Shown here piece after piece: positions 1 to 37,600 of a DNA stretch of 64,000 bases. The position numbers and the translations under genes are program-made. The stretch lies in the NCBI GenBank assembly GCA_051294905.1, contig CM119376.1, forward strand, positions 16,306,001-16,370,000, given 5' to 3'. A model generated the notes under the pieces. The model made no database searches. It was not told where the DNA came from and was given only the letters and a program-made list of their open reading frames with translations. This DNA is from Botryllus schlosseri (Eukaryota). How positions within the stretch are numbered: position 1 is the stretch's first letter; every line of letters begins with the position of its first letter.

Positions 1-273
1 ATTTGGCAGCGCGATACACTCTATAATACGAATTACAAGACACGATGGCTAGAGGTGATGCGCGATTGGAAACAAACATGACGAAAGGTGTGATTTCAAG
101 TTTTTGATCGTGGGAAATATTTTCAAGGCTTGCTGTACCCATATATAATACGCACACCCCTATTTTAAGGCAAAAAATCGGTAAAATTTTGCGCATTATA
201 CACGGAAAATTACGGTATTTTTAGATGGTACACGAACTTCTTTTGTTGCTTCGATTATTCGAAATTTTATGCT

Positions 274-445
274 GGTGACGTCATATTTTGTGATACGATT
301 GCTGATATACAATGTTCCTTCCAATTCTCTACTAGTTGCTGACGGATAACCTGACGAGTGCCAGCCGGAAATATTCGGGTTCATTTCAACATGAATATAC
401 AAATCAATTGTATATTGTTATTCTGTACCTCCAAGAAGCTCTTCA
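274..445 (+). mobile_element. Copy 1 of ~175-bp hammerhead-bearing repeat (Penelope/retrozyme-like); core degenerate
   Basis: Aligns by eye with 11755-11926 and 32325-32694. Has CUGACGA but GGAA in place of GAAA and a shortened stem I. Confidence 0.75.
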
Positions 446-826
446 AATGAGGAATTGGAACTTAAATCCTTTTACTAACTACAAACAGAAAGCATGAGTG
501 AAATTATATGGTGCCAAAGAGAAAAATAGGGAAATGATACGTCCATTTTTTGCTAATACCGATAGATGGACTTCAGTGATACTGTCGGCTGGGTCTCACG
601 CCAAAATCAACTCATACCAGTGTAAGTTTGCGAATACACGAGTGTTATATGGATGGAAAATACCCGCAACACACGTTGCTATTTTGAAAGTTACATTCGC
701 ATGCCCAGCCCCTCGCCTGGCCGGTGATAAGTTATTTCGAAAATGCTGATTTCCGGGAGCGTACCATATTCAGGATAGCGATTATTACATGCTAGCAACA
801 AACCACAAACTAAATCCACAACTCAC

Positions 827-25948
<25,122 letters not shown>

Positions 25949-27321
25949 TGCAAGATTTTTCTTCTCACAAGTTTGAACATGGACTCCAGCTCATCGGATC
26001 AATACATAATAGGAAAATTGACAGTTTGAATCCCTCTAATTGTGTATAATAACATAAACAGAGCTTGCAACATGAGAACATAATATCATCCATCAAATTA
26101 AAATTGCCGTCAGAATATCATCAATATATAAGTCTGGTATGTTATGAAGATACAGAAGCAACTTGAACAACGGACATTGAACATAAAAAAGTCACTATGA
26201 GGCCATCCGAACGTTCACAACAGAATGAATGCGATGGCAAAATCGTTCAGTGTATTACTACCACAAATCAAAAAACAATTTCAAAATGTACCGTAATAAT
26301 ATTCAACACTCTCAGGCGAACGATAGTGTTTGTTAATCACCAAATTTCTCTCATATTAGCAATATCTTGTTATGTCAAAGTAGGCCTACTCCTCTGATGA
26401 AGATTCAATGCTTTGATACGGGGAGAGCATTTATAAGAATTTTTCATTATTACACTGTTACATTGACCACAAATACTAGAATTGTAGGCCTATGGTATGC
26501 AGACTATATTCATCCCCTTTTACTGTAGAGAAACGTAACTGTGCATGATTTAGGTCTACATTTAGGCTAGTAATTTTACTACATATACCCCCCGTAAGGA
26601 ACAGGCAGTGGCTCGCTACATGAAAAGAAGGCACCACAAAGGACGATGGAAATGTCGCCTTGAATGTCGTCATTAATAGAGCTGTTAAACTCTGATTGCG
26701 ATCACCGATCAGCCATGGTAATTGTTGAATAATTCGAAATTGTTGACGCAAAAAAGTGGCACATTATATCCGGCTGCTGAACAAAGGGCCACCAAGATGG
26801 CAAGTTGTAAACAAGGGTTACAAATTTGCAAGCATGGTTGGAGTGTGCCCAAACCTAACGACAAAATCAGACTGAAATTACAATGCTGCAAAATACCACA
26901 CCCATTCATCTGTCGTCACACTTCAAAAAAACTACCCAGGGTTCACTAAAAACAGTGATCCATAAGGAAGCTGGAATGAAAGCAGATCCGATTCAATCTT
27001 ATGAAGGGAATCAAATGATACTTATAAGTTTTCATTACGAACGCCTCAATATTATTAGAGTTTTACAATAAGCTTGTAATCGCACCATAATCAGAAGCTC
27101 ATCCTTAATCTAAGCCGCTCGACTATGTTACGGTGAAAAGCACATACCAAAATTCATATTTTACTCAAGCATCATTCACGTTGCTTATTGTAAGAAAATG
27201 TAAGCAAATAGTGTGGTACATGGGATTCAAGTGAATGCTAATTTAAAATTGGTACGTCTCTATTGACTACTGAGAAGTAATGATTTTGTAACAATAGTAG
27301 ATAGAAGGTTGATCCTTGAAG

Positions 27322-27927
27322 TCATTGGTCGGCAGGCGATCGCGTGTCGCGTTGTTGTTTTTTGGAAAGGCGCATTCTCTCAAATCGTTGCTCCATTTCT
27401 TCCAGAACTTTCGGCGTATAACGCACTACCAATTTCACATTTCCGCCGGCCGCTTTCAATAAATCCACAGCCTTTTCGTGACATTCTTCTTCCACAGATT
27501 CGCCGTTAACTGACAAGAGCTGGTCCCCGCGTTTTAATCCACCATGACGATCGGCCACGCTATTGGGGATGATACGGGAGATATAAATTGGGGAGTTTTG
27601 CTCCTTTCCCCCCATGATGTTGAACCCGAGACCTTCATCGGTTTTTGGGAGCTCTACAACACGGGGATGTGCATGGCCTTCACTGGCTGCAAATGCAGCA
27701 ACGGTAGCTTTTGCCGTTGCGGTAGCTACTATTTCGGGGTTTCCAGTGAAATCGACAGTTTCGTAAACATGCTCGTAAACCTCCTTGACGGCCAGGAAGA
27801 ATTCACTTTTCAAAACAGATTTCAGCTCCGAAAGTTTGTCTGACGGGATTTGACCAGTGCTTTGTAACCTCTCAATCAAGGTAATCGCCTCCGAAATATC
27901 TCGATCTAGGGTCAGAGGTGCAGCCAT
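27322..27927 (-). CDS. LIN7: Lin-7/Veli/MALS homolog (L27 + PDZ), single exon, 201 aa
   Basis: Complete ORF with L27 region ([26 protein letters not shown]) and PDZ domain ([34 protein letters not shown]...[14 protein letters not shown]), near-identical to vertebrate LIN7. Confidence 0.97.
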   Translation of the reverse strand: MAAPLTLDRDISEAITLIERLQSTGQIPSDKLSELKSVLKSEFFLAVKEVYEHVYETVDFTGNPEIVATATAKATVAAFAASEGHAHPRVVELPKTDEGLGFNIMGGKEQNSPIYISRIIPNSVADRHGGLKRGDQLLSVNGESVEEECHEKAVDLLKAAGGNVKLVVRYTPKVLEEMEQRFERMRLSKKQQRDTRSPADQ

Positions 27928-29253
27928 TTATATATTCTTAGCTGGTGCGGAATAGAATAATTTTCTGGATGTAAAACAGATCAAAACTTGCATTTTCAAT
28001 CAGTATGTGCACAAGACCAGAAAATTTCGACTGATTATTTTCACTCCACACGTTCGACTGATCAGGAAGACAATTTTTCTTTCATCATCTCATTCCGTAA
28101 GACATCTCTTAACTCGATTGCCCATAACTATTTTGGGTGTACTGTGTAATGTAGTTTCTTGCCAGTAGGCCTACCTATAATATCTCATTATCTCCCTTAC
28201 TATACCACACTATCATCCAATTTGGTTATTTTATACCTATAGAACCTGTACCCAAGTGGATGTCTGACTTCAAAGATTACTCAATTTGTTTCGACACCTT
28301 CATATCTTTTTATTGTATCGCCATCTTATGGTGCATTGATCTGATGAAATTATTAATAAAACGAGTGCAAAATTCAACAAAACTGCCATAACGTTTCAAA
28401 TTATTGAAACTTACGGTCCATACATCGAATTTCTTTCATGTTATGCGTAGCGTAGATATTCTTAGACGTACAGTACCTATCTATGCATTTAATGGTGCAA
28501 GCGTTATCGAGAAATCAAGGAGGAACTTTTAAAATACAATCGCGATGATAGACATTATTTGAGCACAACTATAAACACACAGTCAGGCGAAGCACGGATT
28601 AGTGTTATTGGAAGCATATTTCGTTATGTGAGAACGATTGCGTTTGCAGTGTGAGTGCTGTCACTGTCACAGCTAGCACAAAATATAGGCTGCCCAATGT
28701 GACTCGGTTACTTGGACTAATAGATGCTTGCCTCCTCTATCTTTACAATTAGCCTATAGAGGCCCATGCCCCAGGTTGGTCAGAGCTCCCAGGTCAAAGA
28801 CACCTTCATATCTATTCATTGTATCGCAATATTGTGGTGCACGGTACTGATCTGATAAAATTATCAAACTGAACAGAACTGAAAAACCTCTGAACAACAA
28901 TGGCCAATACAAAAAATACATTTGAAGAATTACACTAGGCACTGCAGAATGACAATCCGTACAACTCAGGTGCAATAATAGAGTTGCACACAAGCCTCGT
29001 ACCGTCCGTCGTTGCCATTGCAGCATACAATAGCGCAGATTACTTACTATACCTTAAACCAAAATACATGACAATAATAAGCACCAAGCATAAGCAATAG
29101 GCATACTGGGCTCAAAACTTTGGCCCACCACTAGACGCAGCATAACCTCATAAAAATACTTTCAATAATTGCCGCTAGGGGCAGCTCGGATTCGTGGGTT
29201 CCGGTTACTACGGACCCAGTAGGGATGGGAAACCCACTGAACATGATCATACG

Positions 29254-30353
29254 CGTTGAATTTCGGATTACCAGTGAACCCGGCCCTCGGTGAACCCGGC
29301 CCAGTGAACCCGGCCCTCGGTGAACCCGGCCCTCGGTGAACCCGGCCCTCGGGAAATTTTGTATTCACGGATTGAGTAAGCGGGGGAGATAACGCTACGC
29401 TCACATATCAATATCCCACCTCCCCCAACCCTAATATCCCACCTCCCCCAACCCTAATATCCCACCTCCGGCAACCCTAATATCCCACCTCCGGCAACCC
29501 TAATATCCCACCTCCGGCAACCCTAATATCCCACCTCCCCCAACCCTAATATCCCACCTCCGGCAACCCTAATATCCCACCTCCCCCAACCCTAATATCC
29601 CACCTCCCCCAACCCTAATATCCCACCTCCGGCAACCCTAATATCCCACCTCCGGCAACCCTAATATCCCACCTCCACCAACCCTAATATCCCACCTCCG
29701 GCGACCCTAATATCCCACCTCCACCAACCCTAATATCCCACCTCCGGCAACCCTAATATCCCACCTCCACCAACCCTAATATCCCCCCTTCCCCCAACCC
29801 TAATGTCCCACTCCCCGAACCCTGATGTCTCCCTTCCCCCTATACCCTACCCAACCCTAACACCCCACCTCAACCTACAGTTGCAATAACGAGCAGACCA
29901 CGCGTGGTTGATATGTGAGCAATAACAATCGTTGATATATATTTTTCATCTGAATAAGTCACACACAATGTACAATGCGATAATACCCAATGCGATGTCA
30001 TGAGCAGATACGAGGATGTCGAACTTCGCACGTCCGCCCCTCGCGCAGTCAATCCAACACTGAGCCGACCACGCAATCGTGATCACGTGATCTGATCACG
30101 CCGTGACTGCGTGATCTACGCATGCCCTGACCTCCTTACAAGATCGACAAATCAGTTGATAATAACATTATTAGTTTAATAATTCATAAAAATACTTGTT
30201 AATACACTTAATTTCAAAATTTCCCGAGGGCGGAATTCACCGAGGGCCGAGTTCATCGAGGGCCGGGTTCACCGATGGCCGGGTTCACCGAGGGCCGGGT
30301 TCACTGGGCCGGGTTCACCGAGGGCCGGGTTCACTGGCAACCGAATTTCGACG
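29254..30353. mobile_element. Foldback-type element: inverted arms built of 16-bp repeats, enclosing a minisatellite
   Basis: Left arm 29254-29361 (5 units of CCGGCCCTCGGTGAAC) is the reverse complement of right arm 30215-30353 (7 units). No clear TSD. Confidence 0.75.
29410..29870. repeat. 23-bp minisatellite AATATCCCACCTCC[CCC/GGC/ACC]AACCCT, 16 near-perfect plus ~3 degenerate units
   Basis: Period 23 counted directly (ATATCCC at 29411, 29434, 29457...). Each unit junction contains CCCTAA. Confidence 0.97.
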
Positions 30354-30453
30354 GTTCTCAATCCCCTAATATGGCCCACAAACCAAAAAGCGTGTGGTAT
30401 TACCGGGCTAGTTCGCGAGATACTTGGAAACAAAAAGAAGGATGACCGAGGAT

Positions 30454-31216
30454 CAAAGTTCCCTCTAATTTTTGACGAGTCTGCGCGCACTCACTGCGCG
30501 CGTTCCCCTGGACAACAGTGCGTAACGACTAAAATAAGGTCATCACTTTAAATTTTCTGTGCGCAGCTAAGATTTTCTGTGCGCAGAGACCGTGTCAGTA
30601 TTGCGCATTTGCGCACGTGCACAGTAGGGCTGTTCAAAAATAACTTTTTTTTTCTGGATTCCAGCCATTCAGTCATTAAATTGTCAGGTTACCTTAAAAA
30701 ACGCCGCAAACCAAATTTGGTTCAATTCTAACAAGTATAGGGCTCCGCAGATCCAATTAAAATTTTTAATTTAAACAGGAAATTGAAAAAAAAAAATGTT
30801 TTCAAATTTTTCTGCCAACCCCATGAAATTGTTGAGCTGTCTTCAGAGACGATGGTGGATAATCCGAGGATTATCAACGAAAAACTCCAATAACTCCGCT
30901 TCTACTAGTTGGAATTGAGCCAAATTTGGTTTGCATCGTCTCTGAAGACAGCTCAACAATTTCATGGAGTTGGCAGAAAAATTTGAAAACATTTTTTTTT
31001 TTTAATTTTCCTGTTTAAATTAAAAATTTTAATTGGATTTGCGGAGCCCTATACTTGTTAGAATTGAACCAAATTTGGTGTGTGGCGTTTTTTAGGGTAA
31101 CCTGACAATTTAATGACTGAATGGCTGGAATCAATGATATATATATCATTGGCTGGAATCCAGAAAAAAAAAGTTATTTTTGAACAGCCCTAGTGCACAG
31201 CTAAGAGGGAGCACAG
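30454..31216. mobile_element. CAATGTTCCCTCTA-family MITE split by a palindromic MITE
   Basis: Degenerate termini CAAAGTTCCCTCTAA / AGAGGGAGCACAG; body homologous to 32407-32599. Confidence 0.8.
30625..31192. mobile_element. 568-bp near-perfect palindromic hAT MITE (TAGGGCTGTTCA TIR)
   Basis: Arms are reverse complements almost to the centre; perfect 8-bp TSD GTGCACAG (30617-30624, 31193-31200). Confidence 0.92.
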
Positions 31217-31683
31217 CCAAGCATGGTATCTTCTTGAAATCAGTTCTCGAGAACATAAACTCTCCGTCTGTTTAAATTCAATCACCAACGTTAAAACAAC
31301 TTCTGTTCTGTTCCTGTGATCCGGATCCGCGCATGGCTGTGTCCTGCAGGGTCACCAAATGGTAATTCGAAATGTTTTTGTTTGTCGTCTAGACTAGAGT
31401 CCATCAAATATATTGTCACATATCACTGATATCAATATAGAACCCAACCGCGAAACGCTTTGTATCAAGAGCATCACTTGCACTTGGATATAGTTATCCG
31501 ATTGTGAATCAGAAAACTTTTTTTTTTATCTTACTCCCAACTCCAACAAAACTGAATCGTACGACTACGACTGCAGTAGCATATAGCCTTGATAAAGGAC
31601 AGGTAGTAGCCTCTGCTAGTAGCCTAGTTATAAGAATAAGCAATAAGCAATGCTGACAATATATTGTCTATAAATGTTTCTAT

Positions 31684-34600
31684 TCAATCCCGCATAAGAA
31701 TTGCGCTGACAGATACGGTGATTAGGGTCAGAAATATTCCCGCTCTTTGGGTTTCAGCTTCGTCAGTGCTAGTCGTATCAGCAAGTGGTGTGTTTGATAT
31801 CGGTTTCGTGGTTTCGCGCGGAGCATTCGTTGAGGATAGAAGGGGGATTGCATCCATGTACACACCCAGGCTGTCCCAAAAGTTACAAATGTCTTCTTCG
31901 TAATATGCCTCCGCCTCACTCATCGGAGCTTTGAGATGAATGCTTTTCCATCGCGAAGAGTCCAAACCTTCAGATGAGCAACATTTTTATAATCTGCGTA
32001 GTATAGGCCTTTCATAGTCTATATAGCCAATGATATATTTGACCCCGGTATGTCTCATCCCGTTCTGCTGAGTGGTTGACAGTGCAATCGGGAAACTATA
32101 ATTCGAGTAAGTAAAAATGGAGTGGTCGATATGCCTGCACTGGAGGACAGGTATGACTAAAAGCCTTACATGAAGTTGCCTATTTTATGACAGTAAATAT
32201 ATTATTGAACAGTATATTCATATTGAAATGAAAACAAATATTTTCGGCTGACACTCAGTAGGGAATTGGAAAGAACATTGTATATGAACAATCGTATCAC
32301 GAAATATAACGTCAATTTCATGATGGTGATGACATATTTGTGATACGATTGTTGATATACGATGCTCTTTACAATTCTCTACTAGTTGCTGACGATTACC
32401 CCTGACCAATGTTCCCTCTAATTTTTGACGATTCTGAGCGTACTCACTAACTCACTGCGCAGGCCCTTGGACAACAGTGCGCAACGACTAAAAAATGGTC
32501 ATCACTTCGGATTTTTTGTGTGCAGCTTAGATTTTCTGTGCGCAGAGACCGTGTAGGCACTGCGCATTTGCGCACGTGCGCAGCTTAGAGGGAACATTGC
32601 CCCTGACGAGTATCAGCCGAAAATGTTCGGGTTCATTTTAATATGAATATACAATTCAATTGTATATTGAAGTTCTCTACCTCCAAGAAGCTCAATAAAT
32701 AAATTAATGAGTAATGCCTATATGGCCACTGTGAATGAAAATTGACCAATAGGGCCTACCTACAGCTACAAAGTTAGGAGTTCTCGGGCACTTTAATTAA
32801 TTCGTGAACAATCTCATGATCTATGAACTATACACAGCTCATTGATGTCACTTTCAATTAATAAAAGGGAAGAGGGAAGTCCTTTAATTTCCATTTTGTT
32901 ATTTTTATCTAGTGGCATCGTAGCCACCTAAGATTTTGAGGGAGTGCATGGGGCAAAAATAAACTAAACAACAAAATATAAGATAAAATTCTTTGGGGAG
33001 ACGTGTACGATTTCCAATTCGCATTCATTCACAGCGGGGCTCAATATTTACCTCTGTTGATCGCATTTGTACCGCGTGACTCAGATTGCAAGGACAGGGC
33101 CATCCGGCGCGATCTTCGGTAAATGTTCTATTTCATACATCGCCGGCGATCTTTATGATCGCGCCCGTGTTTGCTAAAACTTTATCTGCCTTGGTGCCTA
33201 GTAAAACCGCAGCCACAGGCAGCACATATGAATACAATCACAGCAAATTATCTACAGAGTGCGTATTTTTATTTAGGCTTATGCTATTTTTCATTTCTAT
33301 TTCACGGGACGATGGTAGGCTACCTATCAATAGCAAAATATACTGACACTATATCCAGCGAAGCGCGAAGAACAATATCAAGTTGGATACATCTGCTCAA
33401 AAATGCGCCAATTTATGTTAATTGATGTAAATGTTCGAAACATTGGGGGCGGGCGTCATGGCTCCTTTGCCCCACCTCCTTACGTCTATGTTGTGATTAA
33501 CCGAGGAAAATGTTCAAGTAGAAGTACAAATAGTGTTTAAACTGAACTCGACGAGTAGAGGAGCAAGTGAATGCTGTATGTTACAAAATAGCCTATATAT
33601 GCTAAATTCGGTGCATACTTGATGTATATACTGGCCATTCAGTCAAGTTTCCGAGGCTTGTTTGCAATTGGTAGTTTGGATTTCCGGTACGAGCGAAGTT
33701 TCCCCAGTAAGTACTGAACTGGTTTTGAATTTGTAGGTCCGACTCGGACGGGCTGTTACTTGAAAAATACAAAATTTGGCAATTTGGGTTAGAGGCAATT
33801 GGTCAAGTCTCCACTATTTGGAGCAGACGCTTTTCTGGCATTTTCTTCCAGCACCTGAGTTTGATAGCTATATGGATCTTTATCACTGACAATTACCGTT
33901 GAACATATAAGAATTGATGGAACTGGCATCGATATAACCAAGTGGTTCCCAACCTTTTTCGACTCATCGCCCTCCAAATGTTGGGAACCGAAAAATGGGC
34001 ATACAAACTGTAATCACCGGCGAGTTGACTAAAAAAGGTCAACTTTTCGGCTGGCCCTCGAAATTACACTTTCACAGCTACATTTTCGTGAGTTGTAGGC
34101 CTAGATCATTTCTCCGACATGACCCCAATATAGCCGTTTTAACGCGCCATCGCCTCCCTATCGCCCCATTCGTTATTTACGCCCCCTATCGCCCCCTTCG
34201 TCCGTTTTTGCCCCCTTATCGCTCCCTTCGCTATTTTCGCCCCCCTAGACCGCAAAATCGCCCCTGGGGGAGGGGGGCGATATCGCCCACGTGGGGAACC
34301 ACTGGTATAACCTAAGCCATATATCAACTAATTTTATCAGCATCTGTGATGTCTGTATGATACGCACATATAAAAATAATGAACGCGCATATCCATACGT
34401 GGCGTGATTCAGTATTTGAAATCATATCGACTTACACTGTTCTCATAACAAAACGAGTTTCATCGTCATGAGTGGCCATATAACAGTCCTCTGTATCTCC
34501 ACCGCTTTGTGACAAACATGTTCCATCTGCGACTGGATAGGAGTTGGCATAAAGGTAAACTTTGGCATCATCGCTGGTGGTTTCTGCTGCCAATCTGAAT

Positions 34601-37600
34601 AGTAAAAATGTTGTCCGGGTTTTCTCATATGCAGGAACGTAACTGGCACACCCAATCCCCCCAATTGGGGAGGCGAGCTCAAAGGGGCCAAAGTTATTTC
34701 GTGAATGAACATAAATTATATAGTGTTTATATTGCAAATTTATGCAACTTTATTCAAATTATTTTCGCGCTACCCCCAAAAGTTACGTTTATCACCCTGT
34801 GGGGGGGAGGGTTGACGAAGTGCTGATTCGGCCCTGCTGATATACGCCTATATATCATCACTGACATTGCAGTAATAACTGACAATTTCAACTGACAACT
34901 ATAATGGTGAGTGGGGTGATCACAAATGTAAATCCAATATGTTTAAAACAATGCCCTTCTCCGCATAATGATCCGGTGGGTCAAATACTTCATTTAGCCA
35001 TCTGTAAGGGTCGAGAAGTGGACAGCACCTGGCGTAATAGATCTATAACCCTGTTTGAGGCAACTGACGATCAGTAATGAGGACGTCAAGTGTTTCATAG
35101 CATATGCGTCAGGCCGTCAGCTATTTCTAGTGCAAGTAGATCTCGCGCCCACGCTACACAGTCTTTGGAAAATATTTAGACTGTTTTGATGTAATTATAC
35201 CGCCTTTGAAAAACAAACACCTCTCCAAAAAAGACTATATGGAGATTAGTTGCTTAGTTAGGTGGTACGCTGTTAATATTTATTCCATTTGTGTAGCTTT
35301 AATCACTCGTGCACTAAAAGTGCGGCTACGCTGTCCCATATAGCTATAGCCTATATAGCCAGCATCAGCACTATATGTAAACGGGACGGCATCGAGTGTA
35401 TCGCCCGCCCTACCCGATTTCTTCTCACCTCGCGAGAGCTCTACTAGGGCAAACGAAATACAAATGAGTCAATTCTTTTCCAAATGTCTTTACATAATTG
35501 CCGTCCACGGGGGGATAAGAAGCCGAATATTTTTTAACGACTTCATCGGTGGTTCCGATGGAGAAAATGAAATAATTCACAAGCTGTAAAATAATAATTA
35601 TGTATTCGTCTTCATTGCATATCGTTTGCGAAAAAACTCAGATTTTACCGAGAACATAATCTCGCCTGTTGGAACCGGCTCAGGAATGTAATATTCCACA
35701 TCTTCCAATTCTTGGCTTTGGACCCCGACGATCATGTTTTTATCCGAGTTCCATCGTCCCGCCGCGTACAGATCAAGCGGCTGTGCGGTAAAATCGACGC
35801 CATCGATGACTGGTCGGAACGCTTCACTCATCGTGTAGATATCTCGATTTAGAAATCCCCGCGCTATCATCGGAATAAGCCGATTGGACAACTCGATAGG
35901 ATCCGCATTCCTGGAATGGTGAAGGTTAGACATTAGGACTGTTAAAAAAAAACTTTTTTTTCTTAAATCTTGCTGGCTGCATAATTAAATCGTTAGGTTG
36001 CCTTAAAAAACGACGCACACCAAATTTGAGTTCATTAAAACCGGTAATCGCGGATTTCGTAGAGTTTGAAAATTTTGAATTTTCCCAAATATGCAAAAAA
36101 AAATTTTTCAAATTTTTCTGTCAACCCCATGAAATTGTTGCGCTATCTTCAAAAACGATGCAAAACAAATTTGACTCAATTCTAACCCGTAGAAGCGGTG
36201 TTTTGATAATTTTGAATATTGAATTTTTAAGAATGATAATTCTTGGATTTTCCACCGATCAAGGATAATCCCAGAATTATCAAAGAAAAACTAAAATAGC
36301 TCCGCTTCTACGGTTTGGAATTGAGTCAAATTTGTTTTGCATCGTTTTTGAAGACAGCGCAACAATTTCAAGGGTTGACAGAAAAATTTGAAAAATATTT
36401 CTTTTTGCAATTTTGGGTAAATTCAAAATTTTCAAACTCTACGAAATCCGCGATTACCGGTTTTAATGAATTCAAACTAGCCTAAGTTGAGCTCAATCAT
36501 GACGCTTCTGATATATAGGCTATGTCATGGGCGTAGGCAACACACATGATATGTAATTTGCACGACACAGACCAATACTTCGTTATTCCGTATACTAGCG
36601 TTACCATATTTTGAGATTTTTTTTTATTCAAGCTCAGCTGCTGACAGAATGATAATAATTTAATATCGATCGCAGAGAAAATTTGAGGCCATACACAATG
36701 CGCAATTGCACATGCACAATGCACAGCACATACAATATTTGAAATCATTCGCTTTTTTCCGTGTTAAACCTTATGTTTCATGTTTCATGTATTATAGTTA
36801 AATAGATTAATAGTTTGTATTGGGCTATATGCGTATGGAACAAGTCAAAATATACTGTGAAAACATAGGTCAACAGGTTGAAACTTACATCAGGCAGTCA
36901 TAAGCCGAAGCGTCTTTTCCACAAAGCCCGCGCACAAGCCAGTTTGTGACATCTTGTGATTCAGAAGGCGTGTGGAATTCGATGAACACCGGAGCGCTTT
37001 GCAGTATCGCGTTCCAATATAATGAAGCGCTGTTTTTGGACAATGTGTGAAACATCACCGATTGTGCCCCAGCACTCCCACCGAATATGGTAACCTGTTC
37101 GATTAGATTATTTATTTACAAATCAATGCGCAATGCAATGCCAGTGTAGCGTGTAGTCTCCGTTGTGAAAATTGGCGTGCCATGCTTTTCTACGAAATGT
37201 CTTTCGGGTATCCTCAAGAGAAGACAAGTCGAATCGTTGTAGAAATAATTGTGGATGTAAATCACCATCAATCTCCATACGTTCCTTAAATCACCGAATT
37301 TTATATTTATTTTCACTCCACCGCACATTGCCTTTGTCCGTCTGGTAGTGCGGAGCATGGACGGGAGCCGGATTGGAGCCGGGCCAGAGAATTGAAAAAC
37401 TGGATCGGGGTCGGACCAGAGAAATTGCCGATCCGCTCCGCACTACTGCCAGTGATGCAAATCACTGGAGATTGTAAATCGAGCTATATATACTTATATA
37501 GTTCCATCGCCCGATCACTGCAAGTCTACACGACTCTGACAGCGTTAATCGAGTAATGGCTAAGTTTTGAATGGATTTGAATGGATTCATTCAATTTTTA

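Larger units (their letters stand above)
32325..32694 (+). mobile_element. Copy 3 of hammerhead-bearing repeat, interrupted by a hAT MITE
   Basis: Homologous to copies 1 and 2; split by the MITE at 32407-32599; ends with the hairpin AATATACAATT-C-AATTGTATATT and CTACCTCCAAGAAGCTC. Confidence 0.8.

Noticed and set aside
1-826. Final KIF21 exon (expected DRTVxIW-like strand)
   Set aside because: No acceptor in 1-826 gives this in phase 2. Read-through ends at TASK* (823), which truncates the last WD40 repeat, so the exon probably lies beyond the window start.
27322-27927. LIN7 as a processed pseudogene
   Set aside because: The ORF is intact and highly conserved, with no poly(A) remnant or TSD visible.
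29410-29870. CRISPR-like or true telomeric array
   Set aside because: No unique spacers (only a 3-nt variable site), eukaryotic context, and the unit is 23 bp rather than pure TTAGGG.
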